A stretch of DNA of 64,000 nt, from positions 15,128,001 through 15,192,000 of the forward strand of contig OZ024761.1 in NCBI GenBank assembly GCA_964016885.1. The letters are read 5' to 3'. Origin of the DNA: Eledone cirrhosa (lineage: Eukaryota). Each line of letters starts with the position of its first letter. The stretch's first letter is position 1. This document shows, piece after piece, positions 23,441 to 39,100 of this stretch. Below the pieces are notes generated by a model. That model was not told the origin of the DNA. It worked only from the letters and a program-made list of their open reading frames with translations, and ran no database searches. Position numbers and translations under genes: made by a program.

Positions 23441-26400
23441 CAGTAAACCCCTATATTCGCGGAATATTCCTTAGAACCTAAGTAATAATTATATATATAT
23501 AGAGAGAAAGAAATAAACACACAGATATATATATATACACACATATATATCTATATATGTGTGTATGTATACATATGTTTATGTATATATATAAGTATTT
23601 ATATGTATATATACATTTATACATATATATATATACATACACACACACACACACATATTTATATGTACACACACACACATATATACTGTGCCAATCTATT
23701 GAGTACATTGTATTTATTGTGGTTTCTCTCCGACGCGACCTGTGAATCTACACACACATATATTAGAAGATGTAAGACGAGTCGCACCCAAAGTATGACA
23801 TTTGGGTGCTGTTTCTAGCAGGTTTAGAATTTACTATTTTCCAAACAGAATTCTGTTTTACACCCCTCACTCTGAACTCGATTTCAAATTACCGGGTAGT
23901 TTGTTGAAGCACGGTTCAACTGAAATATCTACACCGTTAACTTAATTAGTGTTACACCGGTATACCTGAGGCATAAACTATTTGGCATTCTTCGAAGGAG
24001 GTACTGGTTTTTTCGCTGTCTTAAATGGAGTATATACGCACACACATAAATTAATGTTTATCTCTGTACAAAGAGATTAACATCATTTCTTAAATTATTA
24101 CTTAGGGTTTTACAACAAAACGTATTGTATGTGTAATTATACATACATTGAATTTAAGTATTTATTTTTTAATTTTACATACATTTTAGTAGTATATATG
24201 TATATATTCATTTGTGTGTGCGTTAATTTCGTGGGTAACTGCAGTTAACGTTCGTCTCGTGTTAAAGTGACTGTAGAATGTGAATAAAAAAGTAAGAAAG
24301 ATCGAAAACACTGTTGCTGTATATATATATATAAATTTTATTGGCACATTAAAATTGTTTCAATATTGATAGTTCGGAGTACAATCATAATATGTATATA
24401 TTTTTCACATGAAATCAATATTCAAACTAACCCCCAGTGTGTTTATTTTAAAGCGACGAAATTCTACCTCCCAGGGATTTGAACACAGTTTCATGTTACT
24501 GGGTGGTACGATGAAGCAGAGAGAGAGTATAAAATCGCTACACTGGTGGCATATTTAGTGTTTCACCGGTTTTCTTATAACAACACACTGGATACGACGT
24601 GCATGAGAGAGGTAAAGTTTTATTTGTCTTCCGTGTTAGAGTATAACTGTAGTTTGACTTGTTAAATTTATAGTATATGTTTGTTATATATATTCTTAAC
24701 TATGCAATGATAGCATCTCAGTCACTAATTTCATCTCTTTGGAGGTTACTGCTCTGATGTCATCTCTTCCACTAAGACACTCTCCATAGCCTTGCCTCTC
24801 CTCGTAACATCACCCAAAGTTGTATCAATCTCCACAAAGCCAACACTTCTCATTATCTCTAAGAAAGCCACCTTAAGCAAGTGTTTCGACGTGTGTGTGT
24901 GTGTAGAATAAACGCAAGGTTTGACGGAACAAGTAAATAAAAAATATTCCTTCTAATATATATATCTTGTACATTGTATTATATTATGGTGTTTCTGTAA
25001 ATTAAAAACAATGAAAGTGACACCTAAATTTAACGTCACTTTGATATTAACAGACATTCTTCATCTTCATAGTAAGTTCAATCAAGGGTTTACTACTTAG
25101 TGTATTTATGTGCCTTTGTCTCATCTCCAAATAAAGTTTTAAATGGTATGGCAACGTGTTGAAGTGAATCACGCTTATTTATATGCTGACTGTGTTACGA
25201 CTAGAAAGAGAAAAATAAAGCTTTAAATGGTATGACTACGTGTTCAAATCAATCAAATTCCTTACAGTGTGAGGATAAAAAAAGTTAATGTTTTAAGTTG
25301 ATTCGAAATCCAACCACGGCATTCCCCAGTCCTATGTCTTACCACTAGACTATAAAGACTTAAGTGATTTTCTTTTGAATATTTACATATATAAACTTAT
25401 TTTTAGTCTAATAATAAAATAGCTTTAAATGTGTTTATTTTCACTCCGTATTTGTTGGTCTGTAGGTGGCCGTATGGGTAGTTGTGGTGTATCTATGCAT
25501 CAATTCAGTGTGTATAGGTTTGGAGATAGGGTTTCGATCTTCTACTTTATCTTAAATATTGGTCTCTATCTTCTGGGCTACCCGGGGCCACGATCATCTC
25601 GAAGCCACCCTTCTAGTTCCTCCTCCGCTCGAACCTACACTACCACCACTTTACCAGACGCCCGCAAAGCGGCCGTAATTCTACTGTGCAAATTTCATAT
25701 ATTTAAATCTATTTTAGCATTTCTTTAATAAAGAACCACATACGATGTTTGACATAATTGAAAAGAGAAAAATATTCTTTTACTATTTCATAAGCTCTGG
25801 CAGGTATCGAACACCTCATATTTTACTTACGTCCAAAACGCAAACATGTATATATAATAATAATTTTTTGATAACTTTACAGTGAGAAAATACATTTATC
25901 GATAGGGTTTCCAATCTCAGAAATATCTCCACTAGAGATGTGTGTGTGTATATATCTTTATTATTCCTTTGAAAAGTAGTTTTAATTAAACATTTTTATA
26001 TATTTCACTATTTCCAAAGTCCTGGCAGATATTGCAACTCCATCTGTAGATTCATGTAAATACATTGTATTTGACTTACATGAAATTAAATATATAATTT
26101 GTTTTTAAATTTTGTTTTCAAGTACCAAAATATAAACAAATTAGTCAGGTTTTCAGTCTCTTAAATGCATGGTTGTTATAGATACTTAACTGTTGTTGTA
26201 GGGCTGTCGTATTTACCGTCATGTGTACATTTAAATCTGACTGAGTCAATCCTCCCATCCTCCTGGTCTAAAAACAGCCTATTTATTTTACAGGAGAGAA
26301 AGCGAGATACCTTTCTTATGCCTTTAAACGTTAATTTTGCACTTGACTTAAAATTCTTTTTCCTTCCCTTTAGAGTGAATAAACAAAAATATTTTACGTC

Positions 26401-28808
26401 TACACTTATATTCAACATAACTCATGTCAGTCTTCACAAGTTTTTGCTACATCTGATTCAAGCTGTTATGGCTTTGGGAGGAAAGTAATCACAAAGTAAA
26501 GTATCCAGCTAAGAATATATTCCGTAGTACGTGTCATAAGAAAGATTTGTAGTTCTAAGAAACCTAACAAATATATTTCAAATTTATCGGCAATTAAACA
26601 AAACTTTAAAATAAGCAATACTAAAGCCACAAACGTTTTTCTATCTACGTCTCTCCTGAAGAAAAAAACAAAAACAAAACCGCTCGAATTATTACGAGGA
26701 GTGTAAACAGAAGAATATAGCTAATAAACAATTAATTTATGTATATGCATGTATGTATTGTGTGTAAACATACTGTAAGACAGACAGGCTCTAAGGAAAA
26801 CATAACATTACCGTTTCTGAACACATTTCAGAGTCATACTAACTAAATTTATTTTAGCATTTCTTTAATAAAGAACAACTCATGGTATTTGACATAAATG
26901 GTAAAAAAAAAAAAAAAAAATTGTTTTACTATTTCATACGCTCTGGCAGATATTGAAATCCTATCTCTAGATTCGTTTAAATACATTATCTTGGACTTAC
27001 TTGAATTTAAAACTGATGAAATTATTTAAAAAACTTTTGTACCAAAATAAAAATACACTATCAAGGTTTTTAGTCTCATAAATGCGTGGTGGTTATAGAC
27101 ATTTAACTGTTGTTGTAGGGGTGCCGTAATTACCGTCATGTGGGCATTTAAACCTGACAGATCAATAATCCCCTCCTCCAGGTCTAAAAACAGCTGATTT
27201 ATTTTGCCAGAGAGAAAGAGAAATACTTTTCTCGTCTTTAAACGTTAATTTTGCACTTTACTTATAATTCCTTTTTCTTCTGTTATGTTGAATATAATTG
27301 TTGAGGTTTGTTCAATCTAACTCATATTAATCTCCACAGTCAAGTACCTGTTTTTACTATATCTGCTTCAAGCTGTTATAGGTGGGATAAGGCAGTACAA
27401 CCGAAAATAAAATGTCACTTTAAGGATTCACTCGTAGAAAGTGTCAAAAGAAGGGACACTGATATAAGGTTTGTAGGCCTAAGCAACCTAAGAAATAGAT
27501 TTTAAAGTTATCGGCAGTTAAACAAAACTTATAAATAGGCAATAATTTAGACAATTCAGTAGACCACTTAACTTTATTAATAATCAGAAAACAAGGCCAC
27601 TTATTGACAATAGACCAGACAAAACATTTAACAAGAATTACTACAACGATGGTGCGAGAAGATCGTGGTTTCTAAATCAGAGAATGTTTCTTTAACAAAC
27701 ACAAGCATATAAAAAGTAGAAGGGATATTGACAGTGCATAGAACTAGGAAATAACTTCTATCAAATAGATTTTCTAGTGGCAAGGAACTTAGTAGCTCCA
27801 GTTATAATTGCGTTACACATGTTCAGTAAGTATTTTTCTATTGAAATCAAACTTAAAGGTATACTAAAGCCACAGACGTTTTCATATATATGTTTCATCT
27901 AAAGTCAAAAACGTAAGAATTATTACAAGCAGTGTAAACACGAATTAAAGCTAATACATGTACCAAGAAGGCTACCTCAAGATTTGCAATTCATTCAAGA
28001 AGAAATCAAACTTATGCATATGTCGACGACATAATTATGGCTAGAGAGGACATGAAGAATCTACAACTAAGTGGAAGACAAGAGAAACGACCATACTACC
28101 TGAAATATTATATATTATGATAGTAAATATTTCTTATACTGTCATGTTTTTTCTTTAAAACGTTTGCATCTCAATAAAGTGGAGAAAACTATTATATACT
28201 GTTGTTATATCATTATACTTTAGTTTAAACTTATTTCTATCTCTTCACATTAGAAAGAATAAAAACTTAGTAAAATCCTATATGTGTATAAATATAATAT
28301 ATGTCAGTGTGTTTGTAAGTATATAATAATAATATGCATGTTGACAAAGAGTTGTAAAAACCAAGCAAGTCAACCTACAGTTCTACACTAACAGAGACGG
28401 CATAGAAAACGTTACCTCTTACAAGCGAATGCGAAAAGAGATTGTTTCAAAAATACCGGTGTAACACTAAATATATTACCGGTGCAACTATTTCAGTTTA
28501 CCCTTTTATAAACTCACTCCAGTCATTTCAAATCGTGTTCAGAGTACCGGCAGTAAGAAAAAAATAAAGCGTTTGCGAAGTTTCTAAATCTGCTAAAAAT
28601 GACAGCTAAATCTCTCACTCTGTCTCCAATGTGTAATAAACCTTGACTCATAGAAATATATATATTTGTATGTATGTGTGTATAAATATATGTGTATATA
28701 CCTAAGAATGTACACACACACACACATGTCTATGTATATATATATATATGTATACATACATGCATATATATATATATATGTATATATATGTATACATATC
28801 TACATACA

Positions 28809-28847
<39 letters not shown>

Positions 28848-29247
28848 GTGTGACTCTCTCTCTCTCTATATATATATATATGTACATATATGTGTAAATA
28901 TGTATATATATTAGTGTATATATATTGCAATGTATATGCATACTCGTATAATTATACTCTATATTATTAGTCGATATATCCATATACAATTACCCCTCCC
29001 CCGGCATTCGTGGGGTTTACAGTCCTAGAGAACCCGAGAACAGTGAAAAACCGCGAATATTGTAGGTGGTCCATAGAAATGCCTATAAACCTCAAAATAC
29101 CACGTAAAATATAATAAAAATCGAGTGAGCGTCTTATGCGTCCAATAGGCCAACAAATACAATATATTATTGTTAATAATCTAGCGTTAAAACAATATAT
29201 ATTGTCACAAAAAAGGCATATATATACATATATTGTTTTGACTGCTA

Positions 29248-29593
29248 TTTCTAGCATACACTAGAAAAAACCGGAAGTGGAGAAAATTGAAAAACTTCTT
29301 CTTTTTCCCCCCTCTAACTTTTCAAACAAAAGAAAATTTTATGTAAACAAAAACGAAATTTTTGCCAAGAAAGATAACTCTTCTCTGACTTAAATCCAAA
29401 ATTGGGATACAAAAAATTGCGGAATTTATTTTGTATCCCAATTTTGGATTTAAGTCAGAGAAGAGTTATCTTTCTTGGCAAAAATTTCGTTTTTGTTTAC
29501 ATAAAATTTCCTTTTGTTCGAAAAGTTAGAGGAGGGAAAAAGAAGAAGTTTTTCAATTTTCTACCCTTCCGGTTTTTCTTTTTATGCTAGAAA
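29248..29593. repeat. Long palindrome, unit 5
   Basis: Same hairpin as 3870-4216. Confidence 0.98.
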
Positions 29594-29616
29594 GAACAGT
29601 GAAAATAATATATATG

Positions 29617-29764
<148 letters not shown>

Positions 29765-32700
29765 GAGAGAGAGAGAGAGAGAGACAGTAAACCCCTACAT
29801 TCGCGGAATATTCCTTAGAACCTAAGTAATAATTATATATATATATATAGAGAAAGAAATAAACACACAGATATATATATATACACACATATATATCTAT
29901 ATATGTGTGTATGTATACATATGTTTATGTATATATATAAGTATTTATATGTATATATACATTTATACATATATATATATATACATACACACACGCACAC
30001 ACATATTTATATGTACACACACACACATATATACTGTGCCAATCTATTGAGTACATTGTATTTATTGTGGTTTCTCTCCGACGCGACCTGTGAATCTACA
30101 CACACATATATTAGAAGATGTAAGACGAGTCGCACCCAAAGTATGACATTTGGGTGCTGTTTCTAGCAGGTTTAGAATTTACTATTTTCCAACCCTCACT
30201 CTGAACTCGATTTCAAATTACCGGGTAGTTTGTCGATGCACGGTTCAACTGAAATATCTACACCGGTAACTTAATTAGTGTTACACCGGTATACCTGAGG
30301 CATAAACTATTTGGCATTCTTCGAAGGAGGTACTGGTTTTTTCGCTGTCTTAAATGGAGTATATACGCACACACATAAATTAATGTTTATCTCTGTACAA
30401 AGAGATTAACATCATTTCTTAAATTATTACTTAAGGTTTTACAACAAAACGTATTGTATGTGTAATTATACATACATTGAATTTAAGTATTTATTTTTTA
30501 ATTTTACATACATTTTAGTAGTATATATGTATATATTCATTTGTGTGTGCGTTAATTTCGTGGGTAACTGCAGTTAACGTTCGTCTCGTGTTGGGTTTTA
30601 TTACAGAGTTAAAGTGACTGTAGAATGTGAATAAAAAAGTAAGAAAGATCGAAAACACTGTTGCTGTATATATATATATAAATTTTATTGGCACATTAAA
30701 ATTGTTTCAATATTGATAGTTCGGAGTACAATCATAATATGTATATATTTTTCACATGAAATCAATATTCAAACTAACCCCCAGTGTGTTTATTTTAAAG
30801 CGAGGAAATTCTACCTCCCAGGGATTTGAACACAGTTTCATGTTACTGGGTGGTACGATGAAGCAGAGAGAGAGGATAAAATCGCTACACTGGTGGCATA
30901 TTTAGTGTTTCACCGGTTTTCTTATAACAACACACTGGATACGACGTGCATGAGAGAGGTAAAGTTTTATTTGTCTTCCGTGTTAGAGTATAACTGTAGT
31001 TTGACTTGTTAAATTTATAGTATATGTTTGTTATATATATTCTTAACTATGCAATGATAGCATCTCGGTCACTAATTTCATCTCTTTGGAGGTTACTGCT
31101 CTGATGTCATCTCTTCCACTAAGACACTCTCCATAGCCTTGCCTCTCCTCGTAACATCACCCAAAGTTGTATCAATCTCCACAAAGCCAACACTTCTCAT
31201 TATCTCTAAGAAAGCCACCTTAAGCAAGTGTTTCGACGTGTGTGTGTGTGTGTAGAATAAACGCAAGGTTTGACGGAACAAGAAAATAAAAAATATTCCT
31301 TCTAATATATATATATATCTTGTACATTGTATTATATTAAGGTGTTTCTGTAAATTAAAAACAATGAAAGTGACACCTAAATTTAACGTCACTTTGATAT
31401 TAAGACATTCTTCATCTTCATAGTAAGTTCAATCAAGGGTTTACTACTTAGTGTATTTATGTGTCTTTGTCTCATCTCCAAATAAAATGTTAAATGGTAT
31501 GGCAACGTGTTGAAGTGAATCACGCTTATTTATATGCTGACTGGATTACGACTAGAAAGAGAAAAATAAAGCTTTAAATGGTATGACTACGTGTTCAAAT
31601 CAATCAAATTCCTTACAGTGTGAGGATAAAAAAGTTAATGTTTTAAGTTGATTCGAAATCCAACCACGGCATTCCCCAGTCCTATGTCTTACCACTAGAC
31701 TAAAAAGACTTAAGTGATTTTCTTTTGAATATTTACATATATAAACTTATTTTTAGTCTAATAATAAAATAGCTTTAAATGTGTTTATTTTCACTCCGTA
31801 TTTGTTGGTCTGTAGGTGGCCGTGTGGGTAGTTGTGGTGTATCTATGTATCAATTCAGTGTGTATAGATTTGGAGATAGGGTTTCGGTCTTCTACTTTAT
31901 CTTAAATATAAAACATTTTCATTTTTTTTTATTTTAAAGATTGGTCTCTATCTTCTGGGCTACCCGGGGCCACGATCGTCTCGAAGCCACCCTTCTAGTT
32001 CCCCCTCCGCTCGAACCTACACTACCACCACTTTACCAGACGCCCGCCAAGCGGCCGTAATTCTACTGTGCAAATTTCATATATTTAAATCTATTTTAGC
32101 TTTTCTTTAATAAAGAACCACATACGATGTTTGACATAATTGAAAAGAGAAAAATATTCTTTTACTATTTCATAAGCTCTGGCAGGTATCGAACACCTCA
32201 TATTTTACTTACGTCCAAAACGCAAACATGTATATATAATAATAATTTTTTGATAACTTTACAGTGAGAAAATACATTTATCGATAGGGTTTCCAATCTC
32301 AGAAATATCTCCACTAGAGATGTGTGTCTGTATATATCTTTATTATTCCTTTGAAAAGTAGTTTTAATTAAACATTTTTATATATTTCACTATTTCCAAA
32401 GTCCTGGCAGATATTGCAACTCCATCTGTAGATTCATGTAAATACATTGTATTTGACTTACATGAAATTAAATATATAATTTGTTTTTAAATTTTGTTTT
32501 CAAGTACCAAAATATAAACAAATTAGTAAGGTTTTCAGTCTCTTAAATGCATGGTTGTTATAGATACTTAACTGTTGTTGTAGGGCTGTCGTATTTACCG
32601 TCATGTGTACATTTAAATCTGACTGAGTCAATCCTCCCATCCTCCTGGTCTAAAAACAGCCTATTTATTTTACAGGAGAGAAAGCGAGATACCTTTCTTA

Positions 32701-34584
32701 TGCCTTTAAACGTTAATTTTGCACTTGACTTAAAATTCTTTTTCCTTCCCTTTAGATTGAATAAACAAAAATATTTTACGTCTACACTTATATTCAACAT
32801 AACTCATGTCAGTCTTCACAAGTTTTTGCTACATCTGATTCAAGCTGTTATGGCTTTGGGAGGAAAGTAATCACAAAGTAAAGTATCCAGCTAAGAATAT
32901 ATTCCGTAGTACGTGTCATAAGAAAGATTTGTAGTTCTAAGAAACCTAACAAATATATTTCAAATTTATCGGCAATTAAACAAAACTTTAAAATAAGCAA
33001 TACTAAAGCCACAAACGTTTTTCTATCTACGTCTCTCCTGAAGAAAAAAACAAAAACAAAACCGCTCGAATTATTACGAGGAGTGTAAACAGAAGAATAT
33101 AGCTAATAAACAATTAATTTATGTATATGCATGTATGTATTGTGTGTAAACATACTGTAAGACAGACAGGCTCTAAGGAAAACATAACATTACCGTTTCT
33201 GAACACATTTCAGAGTCATACTAACTAAATTTATTTTAGCATTTCTTTAATAAAGAACAACTCATGGTATTTGACATAAATGGTAAAAAAAAAAAAAAAA
33301 AATTGTTTTACTATTTCATACGCTCTGGCAGATATTGAAATCCTATCTCTAGATTCGTTTAAATACATTATCTTGGACTTACTTGAATTTAAAACTGATG
33401 AAATTATTTAAAAAACTTTTGTACCAAAATAAAAATACACTATCAAGGTTTTTAGTCTCATAAATGCGTGGTGGTTATAGACATTTAACTGTTGTTGTAG
33501 GGGTGCCGTAATTACCGTCATGTGGGCATTTAAACCTGACAGATCAATAATCCCCTCCTCCAGGTCTAAAAACAGCTGATTTATTTTGCCAGAGAGAAAG
33601 AGAAATACTTTTCTCGTCTTTAAACGTTAATTTTGCACTTTACTTATAATTCCTTTTTCTTCTGTTATGTTGAATATAATTTTTGAGGTTTGTTCAATCT
33701 AACTCATATTAATCTCCACAGTCAAGTACCTGTTTTTACTATATCTGCTTCAAGCTGTTATAGGTGGGATAAGGCAGTACAACCGAAAATAAAATGTCAC
33801 TTTAAGGATTCACTCGTAGAAAGTGTCAAAAGAAGGGACACTGATATAAGGTTTGTAGGCCTAAGCAACCTAAGAAATAGATTTTAAAGTTATCGGCAGT
33901 TAAACAAAACTTATAAATAGGCAATAATTTAGACAATTCAGTAGACCACTTAACTTTATTAATAATCAGAAAACAAGGCCACTTATTGACAATAGACCAG
34001 ACAAAACATTTAACAAGAATTACTACAACGATGGTGCGAGAAGATCGTGGTTTCTAAATCAGAGAATGTTTCTTTAACAAACACAAGCATATAAAAAGTA
34101 GAAGGGATATTGACAGTGCATAGAACTAGGAAATAACTTCTATCAAATAGATTTTCTAGTGGCTAGGAACTTAGTAGCTCCAGTTATAATTGCGTTACAC
34201 ATGTTCAGTAAGTATTTTTCTATTGAAATCAAACTTAAAGGTATACTAAAGCCACAGACGTTTTCATATATATGTTTCATCTAAAGTAAAAAACGTAAGA
34301 ATTATTACAAGCAGTGTAAACACGAATTAAAGCTAATAAATGTACCAATAAGGCTACCTCAAGATTTGCAGTTCATTCAAGAAGAAATCAAACTTATGCA
34401 TATGTCGACGACATAATTATGGCTAGAGAGGACATGAAGAATCTACAATTAGGTGGAAGACAAGAGAAACGACCATACTACCTGAAATATTATATGTTAT
34501 GATATTAAATATTTCTTATACTGTCATGTTTTTTCTTTAAAACGTTTGCATCTCAATAAAGTGGAGAAAACTATTATATACTGT

Positions 34585-34694
34585 GTTCAAATCCCGCCGA
34601 GGTTAACTTTGCCTTTCATCCTTACGGGGGTCGATAAAATAAAGTACCAGTAATGTACTGGGTAATTGCTGGCCTTGTGCCAAAAGTAGAAACA
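34585..34694 (+). mobile_element. 5'-truncated SINE at the same unit position as in unit 4 (unit 6)
   Basis: GTTCAAATCCCGCCGAGG...AGTAGAAACA with the same junctions as 21829-21937. Confidence 0.92.
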
Positions 34695-35224
34695 GTTATA
34701 TCATTATACTTTAGTTTTAACTTATTATTTTTATCTCTTCACATTAGAAAGAATAAAAACTTAGTAAAATCCTATATGTGTATAAATATAATATATGTAA
34801 GTGTGTTTGTAAGTATATAATAATAATAATATACATGTTGACAAAGAGTTGTAAAAACCAAGCAAGTCAACCTACAGTTCTACACTAACAGAGACGGCAT
34901 AGAAAACGTTACCTCTTACAAGCGAATGCGAAAAGAGATTGTTTCAAAAATACCGGTGTAACACTAAATATATTACCGGTGCAACTATATCAGTTTACCC
35001 TTTTATAAACTCACTCCAGTCATTTCAAATCGTGTTCAGAGTACCGGCAGTAAGAAAAAAATAAAGCGTTTGCGAAGTTTCTAAATCTGCTAAAAATGAC
35101 AGCTAAATCTCTCACTCTGTCTCGAATGTGTAATAAACCGTGACTCATAGAAATATATATATTTGTATGTATGTGTGTATAAATATATATGTATATACCT
35201 AAGAATGTACACACACACACACAC

Positions 35225-35266
<42 letters not shown>

Positions 35267-35736
35267 ATACATACATGCATATATATATATATATGTATAT
35301 ATATGTATACATATCTACATACATGCATATATATATATATATATACATGTGTGTCTATATATATATCTATGTACATATATGTGTAAATATGTATATATAT
35401 TAGTGTATATATATTGCAATGTATATGCATACTCGTATAATTTTACTCTATATTATTAGTCGATATATTCATATACAATTACCCCTCCCCCGGCATTCGT
35501 GGGGTTTTCAGTCCTAGAGAACCCGAGAACAGTGAAAAACCGAGAATATTGTAGGTGGTCCATAGAAATGCCTATAAACCTCAAAATACAACGTAAAATA
35601 TAATAAAAATCGAGTGAGCGTCTTCTGCGTCCAATAGGCCAACAAATACAATATACTGTTGTTAATAATCTAGCGTTAAAACAATATATATTGTCACAAA
35701 AAAGGCATATATATACATATATTGTTTTGACTGCTA

Positions 35737-36082
35737 TTTCTAGCATACACTAGAAAAAACCGGAAGTGGAGAAAATTGAAAAACTTCTTCTTTTTCCCCC
35801 CTCTAACTTTTCAAACAAAAGAAAATTTTATGTAAACAAAAACGAAATTTTTGCCAAGAAAGATAACTCTTCTCTGACTTAAATCCAAAATTGGGATACA
35901 AAAAATTGCGGAATTTATTTTGTATCCCAATTTTGGATTTAAGTCAGAGAAGAGTTATCTTTCTTGGCAAAAATTTCGTTTTTGTTTACATAAAATTTCC
36001 TTTTGTTCGAAAAGTTAGAGGAGGGAAAAAGAAGAAGTTTGTCAATTTTCTACCCTTCCGGTTTTTCTTTTTATGCTAGAAA
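35737..36082. repeat. Long palindrome, unit 6
   Basis: Same hairpin as 3870-4216. Confidence 0.98.
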
Positions 36083-36114
36083 GAACAGTGAAAGTAATAT
36101 ATATGTATATACAT

Positions 36115-36167
<53 letters not shown>

Positions 36168-39100
36168 CAGTAAACCCCTACATTCGCGGAATATTCCTTA
36201 GAACCTAAGTAATAATTATATATATATATATATAGAGAAAGAAATAAACACACAGATATATATATACACACATATATATCTATATATGTGTGTATGTATA
36301 CATATGTTTATGTATATATATAAGTATTTATATGTATATATACATTTATACATATATATATATATACATACACACACACACACATATTTATATGTACACA
36401 CACACACACATATATACTGTGCCAATCTATTGAGTACATTGTATTTATTGTGGTTTCTCTCCGACGCGACCTGTGAATCTACACACACATATATTAGATG
36501 TAAGACGAGTCGCACCCAAAGTATGACATTTGGGTGCTGTTTCTAGCAGGTTTAGAATTTACTATTTTCCAACCCTCACTCTGAACTCGATTTCAAATTA
36601 CCGGGTAGTTTGTTGATGCACGGTTCAACTGAAATATCTACACCGGTAACTTAATTAGTGTTACACCGGTATACCTGAGGCATAAACTATTTGGCATTCT
36701 TCGAAGGAGGTACTGGTTTTTTCGCTGTCTTAAATGGAGTATATACGCACACACATAAATTAATGTTTATCTCTGTACAAAGAGATTAACATCATTTCTT
36801 AAATTATTACTTAAGGTTTTACAACAAAACGTATTGTATGTGTAATTATACATACATTGAATTTAAGTATTTATTTTTTAATTTTACATACATTTTAGTA
36901 GTATATATGTATATATTCATTTGTGTGTGCGTTAATTTCGTGGGTAACTGCAGTTAACGTTCGTCTCGTGTTGGGTTTTATTACAGAGTTAAAGTGACTG
37001 TAGAATGTGAATAAAAAAGTAAGAAAGATCGAAAACACTGTTGCTGTATATATATATATAAATTTTATTGGCACATTAAAATTGTTTCAATATTGATAGT
37101 TCGGAGTACAATCATAATATGTATATATTTTTCACATGAAATCAATATTCAAACTAACCCCCAGTGTGTTTATTTTAAAGCGACGAAATTCTACCTCCCA
37201 GGGATTTGAACACAGTTTCATGTTACTGGGTGGTACGATGAAGCAGAGAGAGAGTATAAAATCGCTACACTGGTGGCATATTTAGTGTTTCACCGGTTTT
37301 CTTATAACAACACACTGGATACGACGTGCATGAGAGAGGTAAAGTTTTATTTGTCTTCCGTGTTAGAGTATAACTGTAGTTTGACTTGTTAAATTTATAG
37401 TATATGTTTGTTATATATATTCTTAACTATGCAATGATAGCATCTCGGTCACTAATTTCATCTCTTTGGAGGTTACTGCTCTGATGTCATCTCTTCCACT
37501 AAGACACTCTCCATAGCCTTGCCTCTCCTCGTAACATCACCCAAAGTTGTATCAATCTCCACAAAGCCAACACTTCTCATTATCTCTAAGAAAGCCACCT
37601 TAAGCAAGTGTTTCGACGTGTGTGTGTGTGTAGAATAAACGCAAGGTTTGACGGAACAAGAAAATAAAAAATATTCCTTCTAATATATATATATATCTTG
37701 TACATTGTATTATATTAAGGTGTTTCTGTAAATTAAAAACAATGAAAGTGACACCTAAATTTAACGTCACTTTGATATTAAGACATTCTTCATCTTAAGT
37801 TCAATCAAGGGTTTACTACTTAGTGTATTTATGTGTCTTTGTCTCATCTCCAAATAAAGTGTTAAATGGTATGGCAACGTGTTGAAGTGAATCACGCTTA
37901 TTTATATGCTGACTGTGTTACGACTAGAAAGAGAAAAATAAAGCTTTAAATGGTATGACTACGTGTTCAAATCAATCAAATTCCTGACAGTGTGAGGATA
38001 AAAAAAGTTAATGTTTTAAGTTGATTCGAAATCCAACCACGGCATTCCCCAGTCCTATGTCTGACCACTAGACTATAAAGACTTAAGTGATTTTCTTTTG
38101 AATATTTACATATATAAACTTATTTTTAGTCTAATAATAAAATAGCTTTAAATGTGTTTATTTTCACTCCGTATTTGTTGGTCTGTAGGTGGCCGTGTGG
38201 GTAGTTGTGGTGTATCTATGCATCAATTCAGTGTGTATAGATTTGCAGATAGGGTTTCGATCTTCTACTTTATCTTAAATATAAAACATTTTTATTTTAA
38301 ATATTGGTCTCTATCTTCTGGGCTACCCGGGGCCACGATCATCTCGAAGCCACCCTTCTAGTTCCCCCTCCGCTCGAACCTACACTACCACCACTTTACC
38401 AGACGCCCGCCAAGCGGCCGTAATTCTACCGTGCAAATTTCATATATTTAAATCTATTTTAGCATTTCTTTCATAAAGAACCACATACGATGTTTGACAT
38501 AATAGAAAAGAGAAAAATATTCTTTTACTATTTCATAAGCTCTGGCAGGTATCGAACACCTCATATTTTACTTACGTCCAAAACGCAAACATGTATATAT
38601 AATAATAATTTTTTGATAACTTTACAGTGAGAAAATACATTTATCGATAGGGTTTCCAATCTCAGAAATATCTCCACTAGAGATGTGTGTGTGTATATAT
38701 CTTTATTATTCCTTTGAAAAGTAGTTTTAATTAAACATTTTTATATATTTCACTATTTCCAAAGTCCTGGCAGATATTGCAACTCCATCTGTAGATTCAT
38801 GTAAATACATTGTATTTGACTTACATGAAATTAAATATATAATTTGTTTTTAAATTTTGTTTTCAAGTACCAAAATATAAACAAATTAGTCAGGTTTTCA
38901 GTCTCTTAAATGCATGGTTGTTATAGATACTTAACTGTTGTTGTAGGGCTGTCGTATTTACCGTCATGTGTACATTTAAATCTGACTGAGTCAATCCTCC
39001 CATCCGCCTGGTCTAAAAACAGCCTATTTATTTTACAGGAGAGAAAGCGAGATACCTTTCTTATGCCTTTAAACGTTAATTTTGCACTTGACTTAAAATT